A DNA stretch of 41,163 nt from a virus (Duplodnaviria; Caudoviricetes), in the IMG/VR virus record IMGVR_UViG_3300033475_000071, positions 1 to 41,163 of that record; one strand, 5' to 3'. A program made the position numbers and the translations under genes. The notes under the pieces are model-generated. The model did not search any database. It saw nothing but the letters and a program-made list of their open reading frames with translations, and was not told the origin of the DNA. Positions within the stretch are counted from its first letter, which is position 1; each line of letters begins with the position of its first letter. Below are positions 24,603 to 32,196 of this stretch, one piece after another.

Positions 24603-25628
24603 ATGGCAAACCTCTTTCCGGCCCGCGCGCGGATCAGCCCGCATTTCGCCGAGCCCGACCTCATCGTCACCTACGCGCAAGCGTCGGGGGCATTCGAAGC
24701 CCTTCAGGGCGGCAAACCGCGCGTCAAGATCGGTCCCGACGATCTGTACGTGTACGTGAACGCACTCGATCTGCGGACCGAAGCGCAAGCTGCCGGCGCT
24801 CCGTCGAACATGCTGCCGAGCGCGTCACTCGTTGGCGAACAGTTCGGCACGCCTACGTATCTCGTGCGCACGCGCTCGATTTGGGACCGCCACGACACGG
24901 CCGCCGCGGCGAACTACAACGTCAGCCTGCCCGCCGCGCAAGCTCTGGCCGCCCGCCAAGGCCACTATCAGCAATACCGCACGGCGCTGCTGTACGGCTA
25001 CAACCCGGCGAAGGGCGAAGGTCTGCTCAACGCACCGAACGCCGTCCAAGTGACGCTGCCGCCCGATCCGTACGGTGCGACGACGTTCTCGACGTACGAC
25101 AACGGCGCGATGGCGCAATGGCTGCTCAATCAGATTGTCTCGCTGAAGATCTCGATGTTCCAGAGCGGCGGCAAGATCCATAACAAGATCGTCGTCATCA
25201 GCCCGCAGCGCATCTTCCTGCAAGCGCAAATCGCGAACATCGTTCAAGTCACCTCGTACCAACGCCCCGGCGCCGGCACGCAGACGACCGCGAACGTCAC
25301 GAAGGCGCAGATGGAAGAGGCCGGCGACGATCTGCAGTGGTATTTCGACGATACGTTGATCGGTAAGGGTGCCGCGGGTTCGGATGCCGTCATCTTGACG
25401 ATCCCCGAAGTCGAAGTGCCCGATCTCCCCGGCATCAACACCAACGTTTTCGGCGAAGTTTCGCCGGCTATGAAGGCGGTGAACGTGATGTACGCCGCGA
25501 TGGCTGCGCCGATCGAAATTCCGACGCCCACGCCGGATGGCGCGATCACGACGATCTACGAGAACCGTATCTCGAGCGGCTGGAACGTTCGTGGCGCGGG
25601 CTTGTACATCCTGTCGGTCCCGTATTAA
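24603..25628 (+). CDS. Major capsid protein
   Basis: 341 aa, strong AAGGAG RBS, LLYG.....EGLLNAPN motif, position in the head module. Confidence 0.8.
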   Translation: MANLFPARARISPHFAEPDLIVTYAQASGAFEALQGGKPRVKIGPDDLYVYVNALDLRTEAQAAGAPSNMLPSASLVGEQFGTPTYLVRTRSIWDRHDTAAAANYNVSLPAAQALAARQGHYQQYRTALLYGYNPAKGEGLLNAPNAVQVTLPPDPYGATTFSTYDNGAMAQWLLNQIVSLKISMFQSGGKIHNKIVVISPQRIFLQAQIANIVQVTSYQRPGAGTQTTANVTKAQMEEAGDDLQWYFDDTLIGKGAAGSDAVILTIPEVEVPDLPGINTNVFGEVSPAMKAVNVMYAAMAAPIEIPTPTPDGAITTIYENRISSGWNVRGAGLYILSVPY

Positions 25629-25636
25629 AGCCTTAC

Positions 25637-25707
25637 CTCGCGCCTAGGATTGCGCATCCGAAAGCCTGGTTCCCTTGCCAGGTTGGCGCGAGTTCAATTT
25701 CAAGGGA
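25637..25707 (+). ncRNA. Three-way-junction RNA element, copy 1 (C4-antisense-like architecture)
   Basis: CTCGCGCC-TA-GGAT/ATCC-GAAA-GCCTGG(TTCCCTTG)CCAGGT-T-GGCGCGAG; loop complementary to downstream CAAGGGA. Confidence 0.65.
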
Positions 25708-25708
25708 T

Positions 25709-25735
25709 GGCCGCCTTCGGGCGGTTCTTCTTTTT
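25709..25735 (+). terminator. Intrinsic terminator after capsid gene
   Basis: GGCCGCC-TTCG-GGCGGTT followed by CTTCTTTTT. Confidence 0.75.
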
Positions 25736-25746
25736 AGGGAAAGAAA

Positions 25747-26259
25747 ATGACCCGCATTTACGTTGCCAACGGCACCAAACAACGCCTCAAGTTCCAATAC
25801 CGCCTGCCGGAATCGAATCGCATTTACGAACTCGAAGTGCATTCAGGCCAGCAAGCGCCGATCGGCGATCAATGGTCCCAGCAACACGTCGAATACTTCA
25901 TCTGGCAACTTGAGAATGCCGGGTTCAAGCGCTCGCACGAAACGAACGGCCGGATGGAGAACTTCTCCGGGTGGATGTACAGCCTGGACAAGCCCACGAC
26001 CGAAACGCAGATCGAAAGCGGCCACGCCGCTCGAGTCGAAGCGCAAGAGCGCATCTCGGCTGTCGAGGCACAACGTGGCGCTCTGGCTATGGATCAGGCC
26101 AATCGCGCGCCGAAGGATAAGCGCAAGCGTCTCGCAAAGGTGACTATGGTCGAAGTCGAGCAGGAATCGGATCCCCGCGGCACGCCGACGGGCAACGAGA
26201 TCAAGATGAGCGTGTCGGTGGATGCGAGCGCTTCCGAAAACGAGCGCCTGGACATCTGA
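25747..26259 (+). CDS. Hypothetical virion morphogenesis protein
   Basis: 170-aa ORF after capsid; IYVANGTKQ..F.YR.PE. Confidence 0.7.
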   Translation: MTRIYVANGTKQRLKFQYRLPESNRIYELEVHSGQQAPIGDQWSQQHVEYFIWQLENAGFKRSHETNGRMENFSGWMYSLDKPTTETQIESGHAARVEAQERISAVEAQRGALAMDQANRAPKDKRKRLAKVTMVEVEQESDPRGTPTGNEIKMSVSVDASASENERLDI

Positions 26260-26260
26260 C

Positions 26261-26536
26261 ATGCAAGCCTTCCGTCTATCCGATGAGGCTCGCGCCGCAG
26301 TCAATGCAGCTGTCGATGCGGCCACAAAGGCCCCTGCCATGACGCACGCCGAAGAAGTGCGGGCGCTCATGGGGAAGGGAATGAAGGTTTGCATAGCGCA
26401 AGGCCATGCGGTTTGGGCGTTTGTGCCGCGCGCGATCGCCCTTTCGCTCGGCGTTCCGTATTGCGCCGCCCTGCCAGCCGCGCTTGATCTCGCTGATTAC
26501 ATGGCCCTCGGCGGCGATGTCGTAACGATCCACTGA
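26261..26536 (+). CDS. Hypothetical protein (91 aa)
   Basis: ATG 1 nt after the previous stop; fills the operon gap. Confidence 0.55.
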   Translation: MQAFRLSDEARAAVNAAVDAATKAPAMTHAEEVRALMGKGMKVCIAQGHAVWAFVPRAIALSLGVPYCAALPAALDLADYMALGGDVVTIH

Positions 26537-26539
26537 CCT

Positions 26540-27184
26540 ATGTTCACGAACCCGGCCGCGCCAAACATCGGCGATTTCTCTACCTTTGTGCTGAATCAAG
26601 GTGTGCCTCCGGCCGATTTGCCGAGCGGCACGCTTACGACAGTCAATGTCGACTCGCTGGGCAATCTCACGACGGCGAGCACGACGGGGACGGTCGCCGT
26701 GGGTATGGCGCTGGTCGGTACGGGTCTGAACACCTATATCGCGACATGGACCGGTACGAGCGGAACGGTTTCGCCTGTTCCTGCCGCCGCGATTTCAGTC
26801 GCAAGCGCCACCGCTTATTCGCCCTATCTCGCATGGGCGTTTGGCGCAGCGATGGCAATCACGCTTTCCCCGCCTCCCTGCATGCCGCCCATCGAATACG
26901 TGATGGCCGTCTACAACTACGGCATGCACAAGCTGCTCAAAGTTGGACAAGATCAAATCGGGCAGACATTCTTCGCGGATCAGCGGACGGCGTTCAAGCT
27001 GCTTTCATTCAAAGCGGGTCCGGTTGGTGCTTCGGCTGATCAGGCAACCTCGCAAACGCTGGTCGCGCCCGACTTCCTCAAAGGCTTGACGATGGGAGAT
27101 CTCGATCTTCTGTTGACGCCATGGGGACGTGATTATCTGGATTACAGCCAGGCTTACGGGCCGTCGATCGTCGGAGTCAGCTAA
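26540..27184 (+). CDS. Putative head-tail adaptor (DUF4054-like)
   Basis: AVYNYGMH.L...LLTPWGRDYL C-terminal pattern; synteny. Confidence 0.6.
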   Translation: MFTNPAAPNIGDFSTFVLNQGVPPADLPSGTLTTVNVDSLGNLTTASTTGTVAVGMALVGTGLNTYIATWTGTSGTVSPVPAAAISVASATAYSPYLAWAFGAAMAITLSPPPCMPPIEYVMAVYNYGMHKLLKVGQDQIGQTFFADQRTAFKLLSFKAGPVGASADQATSQTLVAPDFLKGLTMGDLDLLLTPWGRDYLDYSQAYGPSIVGVS

Positions 27185-27658
27185 ATGCAATTGAACCTCG
27201 GAGTTGTCGACGCTGCATATACCGACGCGGATGGCGGCAAGACAACCGGCGAGGTTGCGGGCTATCTCGAAGACGAATACCACGTCATGCGCACGTTCCT
27301 CGAGATATACGAGGATCAGATCGGTGAGTTTTTGGCCGATGCGATGGCGGGTGAAATCGAATCTTTGGCGCAGGGAAAACCCGTCGCGATCTTCGGCAAA
27401 GACATCGACACTAAACTCGGTGATCGCCTGATCTCAGGAATGAGCGTCAACGGGAAGATCGAAGAGAAGTTTCGCGATTACCTGGATGCGCGCGAATGGC
27501 AAGACCTGAGTAGGCAGAAGGTCGAAGCTGCTGATGTCGGCGTGAATCACCGCAAAAAGACGCCCTATGCGAAGAAGAACAAAGCGCGTCCGGCGTTCGT
27601 CGACACCGGCCTCTATCAGGCCTCCTTCAGAGCCTGGACTACGAGTGACGACAAATGA
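27185..27658 (+). CDS. Putative neck/tail completion protein
   Basis: RPAFVDTGLYQASF resembles the DTG.L..S motif of virion morphogenesis proteins. Confidence 0.6.
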   Translation: MQLNLGVVDAAYTDADGGKTTGEVAGYLEDEYHVMRTFLEIYEDQIGEFLADAMAGEIESLAQGKPVAIFGKDIDTKLGDRLISGMSVNGKIEEKFRDYLDAREWQDLSRQKVEAADVGVNHRKKTPYAKKNKARPAFVDTGLYQASFRAWTTSDDK

Positions 27659-28617
27659 CGCTGATCTCTGAAGCCAGCGCAGCACCCGGGCAACTGGCGA
27701 CGGCGCTCGCGGCTGGCGTCGATGACATCTCGAGCAATCAGACGGTTTCGTTTCAGCAGTACGCGAAATCGACGATCCCAGCCGATGGCTATGTGTTTTG
27801 GGTTGCGAGCAGTCCTACCAAGCAGTTCAAAGGTTCGCTCCACGTTCTAAGCGAGCGCCGGCAAGAAGAGGACCAAACGCTTGCGGCGAATCAGTTCGTA
27901 TTCACGGCCGAGGAAGAAATCTCGGAGTTGAATTCGATCGCGCCTAATACGATGTGGGTTGGATCGTGGCCGGTGGATGGCACGACGCTTCGTGTCGCGT
28001 TCTCGGCCACAGGGTTCAACTATCAGCAGGCCGAGCTTTGGCATTACCGCGGCTTCGCGGTCTACCCGTCCCTTGCTTCGCAATTGGTCGCAAGCGCGGC
28101 CGACTTGCCGATTGGCCCGATCGTATCGAACAGTCTGCCGATCTGGCTGGCTCAAACGACGTTCGGGGCGACAACCGTTCCGGTCTATCCGTCGTATCTC
28201 GTGCCCGACAACATCGTGCCGCCTTATGTCGTGGCGCACGTTGAGCCCGAATTGACGGATGCGCCCTCGTTCCCGATCTATCAGTGGCCGGGCAATCCGT
28301 CACCCGCTACGCAGTTGGTCGAAATGTCGGCTTCGCAATTGGCGAAGGACCACGTAAAGCTCACGCTCTACGGCTTCACGAATCAAATGGCGATTCAGTA
28401 TCTCGCGATGCTGATCGACTACTCGCTCAACACGGGGAATTTCGGATTCGGTAATACACCCGTTCCCCGGGATGAGAAGCGTTCCCAGGTCGAAATCGCG
28501 ACGATCGCGATGAAGAAGACGATCAACATCGTCGCTTGGTACTACCAGTCTGCGGCCGATGCAGTTGCGCGTTGCCTGATCTTGGATGCCGCAATCGGCT
28601 CCGTTTCGGTTTTCTAA
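27655..28617 (+). CDS. Putative head-tail joining/tail terminator protein
   Basis: 320-aa ORF, ATGA overlap, position before sheath. Confidence 0.55.
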   Translation: MTLISEASAAPGQLATALAAGVDDISSNQTVSFQQYAKSTIPADGYVFWVASSPTKQFKGSLHVLSERRQEEDQTLAANQFVFTAEEEISELNSIAPNTMWVGSWPVDGTTLRVAFSATGFNYQQAELWHYRGFAVYPSLASQLVASAADLPIGPIVSNSLPIWLAQTTFGATTVPVYPSYLVPDNIVPPYVVAHVEPELTDAPSFPIYQWPGNPSPATQLVEMSASQLAKDHVKLTLYGFTNQMAIQYLAMLIDYSLNTGNFGFGNTPVPRDEKRSQVEIATIAMKKTINIVAWYYQSAADAVARCLILDAAIGSVSVF

Positions 28618-28635
28618 TATTAGAGATCACTCAAG

Positions 28636-28932
28636 ATGGCATCTCCCCTGGCTCCCCTTCCGGGCGGCACCACGACGACCCTCAATGTCACTGAGCCGGT
28701 CATCATCAAAGCATCGGCGGGGCGAGTGTTCACGGTCTCGGTGATCGTGCAGGGCTCGTCCACTTACGGCGCGGTCTATGACTCGAATTCGCTGACGGGA
28801 AATACGGCGGCCAACCAGATTGGCGTAATTGCTAACACCACCAATCCTATCGATTTCAATGCTATGCCCACGGCGACGGGCATTGTCGTAGCACCCGGGG
28901 CGGGTCAAACACTCACGGTCTCCTGGTCGTAA
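28636..28932 (+). CDS. Small beta-rich virion protein, paralog A
   Basis: LNVT...IK...GR...VYD...GIVVAPG similar to the next gene. Confidence 0.7.
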   Translation: MASPLAPLPGGTTTTLNVTEPVIIKASAGRVFTVSVIVQGSSTYGAVYDSNSLTGNTAANQIGVIANTTNPIDFNAMPTATGIVVAPGAGQTLTVSWS

Positions 28933-28954
28933 ATCCCTCTTCGCCTCGTCTTTC

Positions 28955-28982
28955 ACCCGCCTAGAGCGGGTTTTTCTTTTTC
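28955..28982 (+). terminator. Intrinsic terminator
   Basis: ACCCGC-CTAGA-GCGGGT followed by TTTTCTTTTT. Confidence 0.75.
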
Positions 28983-28994
28983 AGGAGTCACTGA

Positions 28995-29309
28995 ATGCAA
29001 ACCCCGTACAACGCGCAAAGCTCCGTTCTCACGACGAGCGGCGGCCAGAGTTCCAAACTCAACGTCACGGCTACGACCGTCATTAAGGGAGAGCCGGGCC
29101 GCATCTGCCGCCTGGTTTTCAACGCCGCATCGACGAGCGCCCCCGCCGTCTACGACTACACGGCAACAACGGGCTTTGCCGCAGCAAACCTCGTCTGGGC
29201 AGGCGGCACCACGACTGCCGCGCAGACCGTCGTCGATCTCGAATTCCCGTGCTCGAAGGGGATCGTGGTCGTGCCCGGCGGCGCCACGGTCGCTGTCTCG
29301 TATATCTAA
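28995..29309 (+). CDS. Small beta-rich virion protein, paralog B
   Basis: LNVT...IK...GR...VYD...GIVVVPG; AGGAG RBS. Confidence 0.7.
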   Translation: MQTPYNAQSSVLTTSGGQSSKLNVTATTVIKGEPGRICRLVFNAASTSAPAVYDYTATTGFAAANLVWAGGTTTAAQTVVDLEFPCSKGIVVVPGGATVAVSYI

Positions 29310-29327
29310 TCCTCGGGGTCTGCCCAC

Positions 29328-30875
29328 ATGGCAACTACGATCACGCCTCAGATCATCAATCTCACCGCAGTCGTTACCACGGCGCCTACGCCGTCCCAGC
29401 TCCAACAGAGCGGTGCGATTGTGTCGGTGGGCGGCACGACTCTGACGCCAGGCACCTATCAGTACTGCGGGAATCTCTCCGCAGTCAATGCAATCTCCGC
29501 GACCTCGTACGGCATCACGTCCTTGGCGTGGGCCTCGAGTGAGGTCACGGCAACGGTCGCTAGCGGGGTTCTTCCGACCGTTGGGACCACGTTCACGACG
29601 ACGATTTCGGGGGCTGTCCCGAGTGGATACAACGGTGTGTACGTCGCGACCGTCGCGACCTCGACGACGTTCACGTATGCCGTCGCCGTGGATCCTGGAA
29701 CCGAAACCACGCCGGGTTCGTTCACGATTTCGGGCGCTTCGCCGATCACTTACCCCGCGACGTCGTTTTTCTCGCAAGGAACCGCAGTCGGCGTCTATGT
29801 GCTTGAGCTCGGAAACACAACGGGCACCGACGCGCAGATCGCTAGTCTCGGTTCATGGATTACCGCGAATCCCGGTGTTTTCTACGGCTACCTTGTCCCC
29901 GCGATTTGGGATTACAGCAAGGATGAAGTCGGATCGGTCGTCATCAACAATGGCGGCAATGGATATACCGTTGCGCCCACGGTGACGTTCTCGGCTCCGG
30001 GGACTGGCACGACGGCAACTGGCACGGCGATTGTCCAGAATGGCGCAGTTGTCGCCGTGACGATCACGGATCCAGGGTCGGGATACACCGCAGCGCCGAC
30101 GATCACGTTCAGCGGCGGCGGCGGTGTAGGCGCAATGGCGACCGCCAATCTCGCCTCGGCAATGAATATCCTTGCCGGCCAATATGCAAACGCGACCGGG
30201 AAGACGTATTTCTTCGTCACGACGTCGGCCGCGAATCTGGCGAACTATGCGACGCTGAAATCGGTGTATGCCACGGTTCCCGCGCCGACCGCAACGAGTC
30301 AAGAATTCGACTCTGGCGCGATGTTCTATCAATGGTTGGTGAACAACCCGTCGCAGACCAATCCGCTCGGGCCGATGTCCTATCGGTACCTGACGGGCGT
30401 GACGCCATGGGTCATCTCGGGCAATCAGGCGGCTATCAACAACGTCCTGACGGGTTACGGCAACATCATTTACCCGACGTCGGAAGGCGGCATTTCCAAG
30501 GCTGGTATCTGGAAAGGCACGCTGATGGATGGCACGCAGGCGTCGTGGTGGTATGGCATCGATTGGTTGCAGATCCAAATCCAGCAAGCCCTTGCTGCAG
30601 CGGTTATCAACGGATCGAACCAAAATCCGCCGTTGATCTACGACCAGAACGGTATCAATTCGCTGCTTGCAGTCGCGCAGAACGTCGCCAATAGCGGCGT
30701 GCAGTTCCAATGCGCATTGAAGGTGACGATCGTAGCGACTCCGTTCTCGACCTATGTAGCACAAAACCCGAACGATTACGCAGCGGGCCTGTACCGCGGC
30801 TTCTCGATCACGGCGGTCGGTCAGAACGGCTTCCTCGTCGTTGGCGTGGCTCTCGACGCAGTGCAGTTCGCATAA
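29328..30875 (+). CDS. Contractile tail sheath protein (DUF3383-like)
   Basis: C-terminal WYGIDWLQIQIQQAL...PLIYDQNGINSL typical of sheath proteins; precedes tube. Confidence 0.8.
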   Translation: MATTITPQIINLTAVVTTAPTPSQLQQSGAIVSVGGTTLTPGTYQYCGNLSAVNAISATSYGITSLAWASSEVTATVASGVLPTVGTTFTTTISGAVPSGYNGVYVATVATSTTFTYAVAVDPGTETTPGSFTISGASPITYPATSFFSQGTAVGVYVLELGNTTGTDAQIASLGSWITANPGVFYGYLVPAIWDYSKDEVGSVVINNGGNGYTVAPTVTFSAPGTGTTATGTAIVQNGAVVAVTITDPGSGYTAAPTITFSGGGGVGAMATANLASAMNILAGQYANATGKTYFFVTTSAANLANYATLKSVYATVPAPTATSQEFDSGAMFYQWLVNNPSQTNPLGPMSYRYLTGVTPWVISGNQAAINNVLTGYGNIIYPTSEGGISKAGIWKGTLMDGTQASWWYGIDWLQIQIQQALAAAVINGSNQNPPLIYDQNGINSLLAVAQNVANSGVQFQCALKVTIVATPFSTYVAQNPNDYAAGLYRGFSITAVGQNGFLVVGVALDAVQFA

Positions 30876-30884
30876 GGACGAAAA

Positions 30885-31331
30885 ATGGCGACTCAAAATC
30901 CTATGATCGCGCAGGGCGTTCTCAATCGCGTCCTGACGGCAGTCATCATTCCGAGCAACACGGCGCTCAATGTCACGGCGCCGTATATGGCAAAGGGATT
31001 TGCGCGGCTCGAATACGCGGGCGACTGGACGGGCCAGATCGGCACGGGAACGGGCGTGGTGAATTCGCCCGAGCCTTACGTCATGGCGCGCGTCACGATG
31101 AACTTGCTGCGCACGCAGGCGCTTTCTGCCTCGTGGGTTACGCAGGGTCAAACCGCGACGTACATCGGCAATGTGAACGTCCACAGCGATACCTCGACGT
31201 TCCCGGTCTCGCAGATGGTTGACGCCTCGATTGTCTCGGTCGACCCGGGCGCTTTCGACGGTACCGATCCGGTCGTCCGCGTTGTCCTATCAGGAGCCCT
31301 GGCAATCAACGCCTCGCTCTGGTCGGTGTAA
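30885..31331 (+). CDS. Tail tube protein
   Basis: 148 aa immediately after sheath. Confidence 0.7.
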   Translation: MATQNPMIAQGVLNRVLTAVIIPSNTALNVTAPYMAKGFARLEYAGDWTGQIGTGTGVVNSPEPYVMARVTMNLLRTQALSASWVTQGQTATYIGNVNVHSDTSTFPVSQMVDASIVSVDPGAFDGTDPVVRVVLSGALAINASLWSV

Positions 31332-31337
31332 TGGTCT

Positions 31338-31403
31338 GCTGCGGCTAGGGACGCGACCCGAAAGCCGGTTCCCCTGCCGGTTGCCGCAGCTTCAAAACAG
31401 GGA
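31338..31403 (+). ncRNA. Three-way-junction RNA element, copy 2
   Basis: GCTGCGGC-TA-GGG/CCC-GAAA-GCCGG(TTCCCCTG)CCGGT-T-GCCGCAGC; loop complementary to downstream CAGGG. Confidence 0.65.
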
Positions 31404-31420
31404 CTCAAAAAGGGATTGAG

Positions 31421-32080
31421 ATGGCAACGATTGACGAGAATTTGAACGTCGTTTTCCAGGTTGTGACCGAACACGTCACGCGGAAGGAGAAAGGCGAGGA
31501 TGGAAAGGACCGTGAAGTGCATGAAGACGTCGTGCGCATTCACGCATTCCATACGCCAGTTAGCAAAGCGGTGTTCGACCAGAACTTCGCCTTGTTGGCT
31601 TCGACGAAGGCAGCGATGGAAAGCAAGGGACGGCAGTACCTCATGTCGGCCGGCCCGCGCGTCGCCGCTCTCACGCTGCGCGATGAGGGTCTGCGCGATG
31701 CTGAAAGCCGCGGCAGGGTGGACGACGACGGCAATCCCAGGGATGATGAGGTGCGAGCGTTTTTCGCCGAACTTCGACGCTTGACGATGATTCTCTGCCC
31801 GGGCCAAAGTGGCTGGGACATGATCCCGGTCGATCAGGCCATCTCGGGTGGGAAGATCGATCAGGAAGATTGGGAGGAGGTAGAATCGGCGATCGTTTTT
31901 TTTACATGCCACTACTCCATGGCGCGAAAGGCAGACCGCGCGCGCGTCTCTCAGGCAACGGCTTCCTTCCTGAAAGCGTCGACTACATCCTCGCCCTTGT
32001 CGGCATATCTCGCTTCCTTGCAGAACTCGACGCAGGCCGCGACTTCCGTGCCCAGGGCGGCATCGTCGGTTCCGTCCTGA
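31421..32080 (+). CDS. Tail assembly chaperone (G-like)
   Basis: Between tube and tape measure; contains a T8 slippery run. Confidence 0.7.
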   Translation: MATIDENLNVVFQVVTEHVTRKEKGEDGKDREVHEDVVRIHAFHTPVSKAVFDQNFALLASTKAAMESKGRQYLMSAGPRVAALTLRDEGLRDAESRGRVDDDGNPRDDEVRAFFAELRRLTMILCPGQSGWDMIPVDQAISGGKIDQEDWEEVESAIVFFTCHYSMARKADRARVSQATASFLKASTTSSPLSAYLASLQNSTQAATSVPRAASSVPS

Positions 32081-32196
32081 ACTATGTCGCGACACAGGGA
32101 TTTCGTGAGTTCGCCGAACGTCACGATTTTCCGTTTCGCAGCGCGCTAGAGCATCACAATCGCTACTTTATTGAGGCCTTGAGAGGACCGTCATGA
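31897..32196 (+). CDS. -1 frameshift extension of tail chaperone (GT-like)
   Basis: T TTT TTT at 31897-31903 in correct phase; the -1 frame stays open to 32196 and its stop overlaps the tape measure ATG. Confidence 0.55.
   Translation, partial: FFYMPLLHGAKGRPRARLSGNGFLPESVDYILALVGISRFLAELDAGRDFRAQGGIVGSVLNYVATQGFREFAERHDFPFRSALEHHNRYFIEALRGPS

Noticed and set aside
29853-31184. 443-aa minus-strand ORF and similar long antisense ORFs across the late operon
   Set aside because: Expected shadows of GC-rich plus-strand genes; no motifs or RBS
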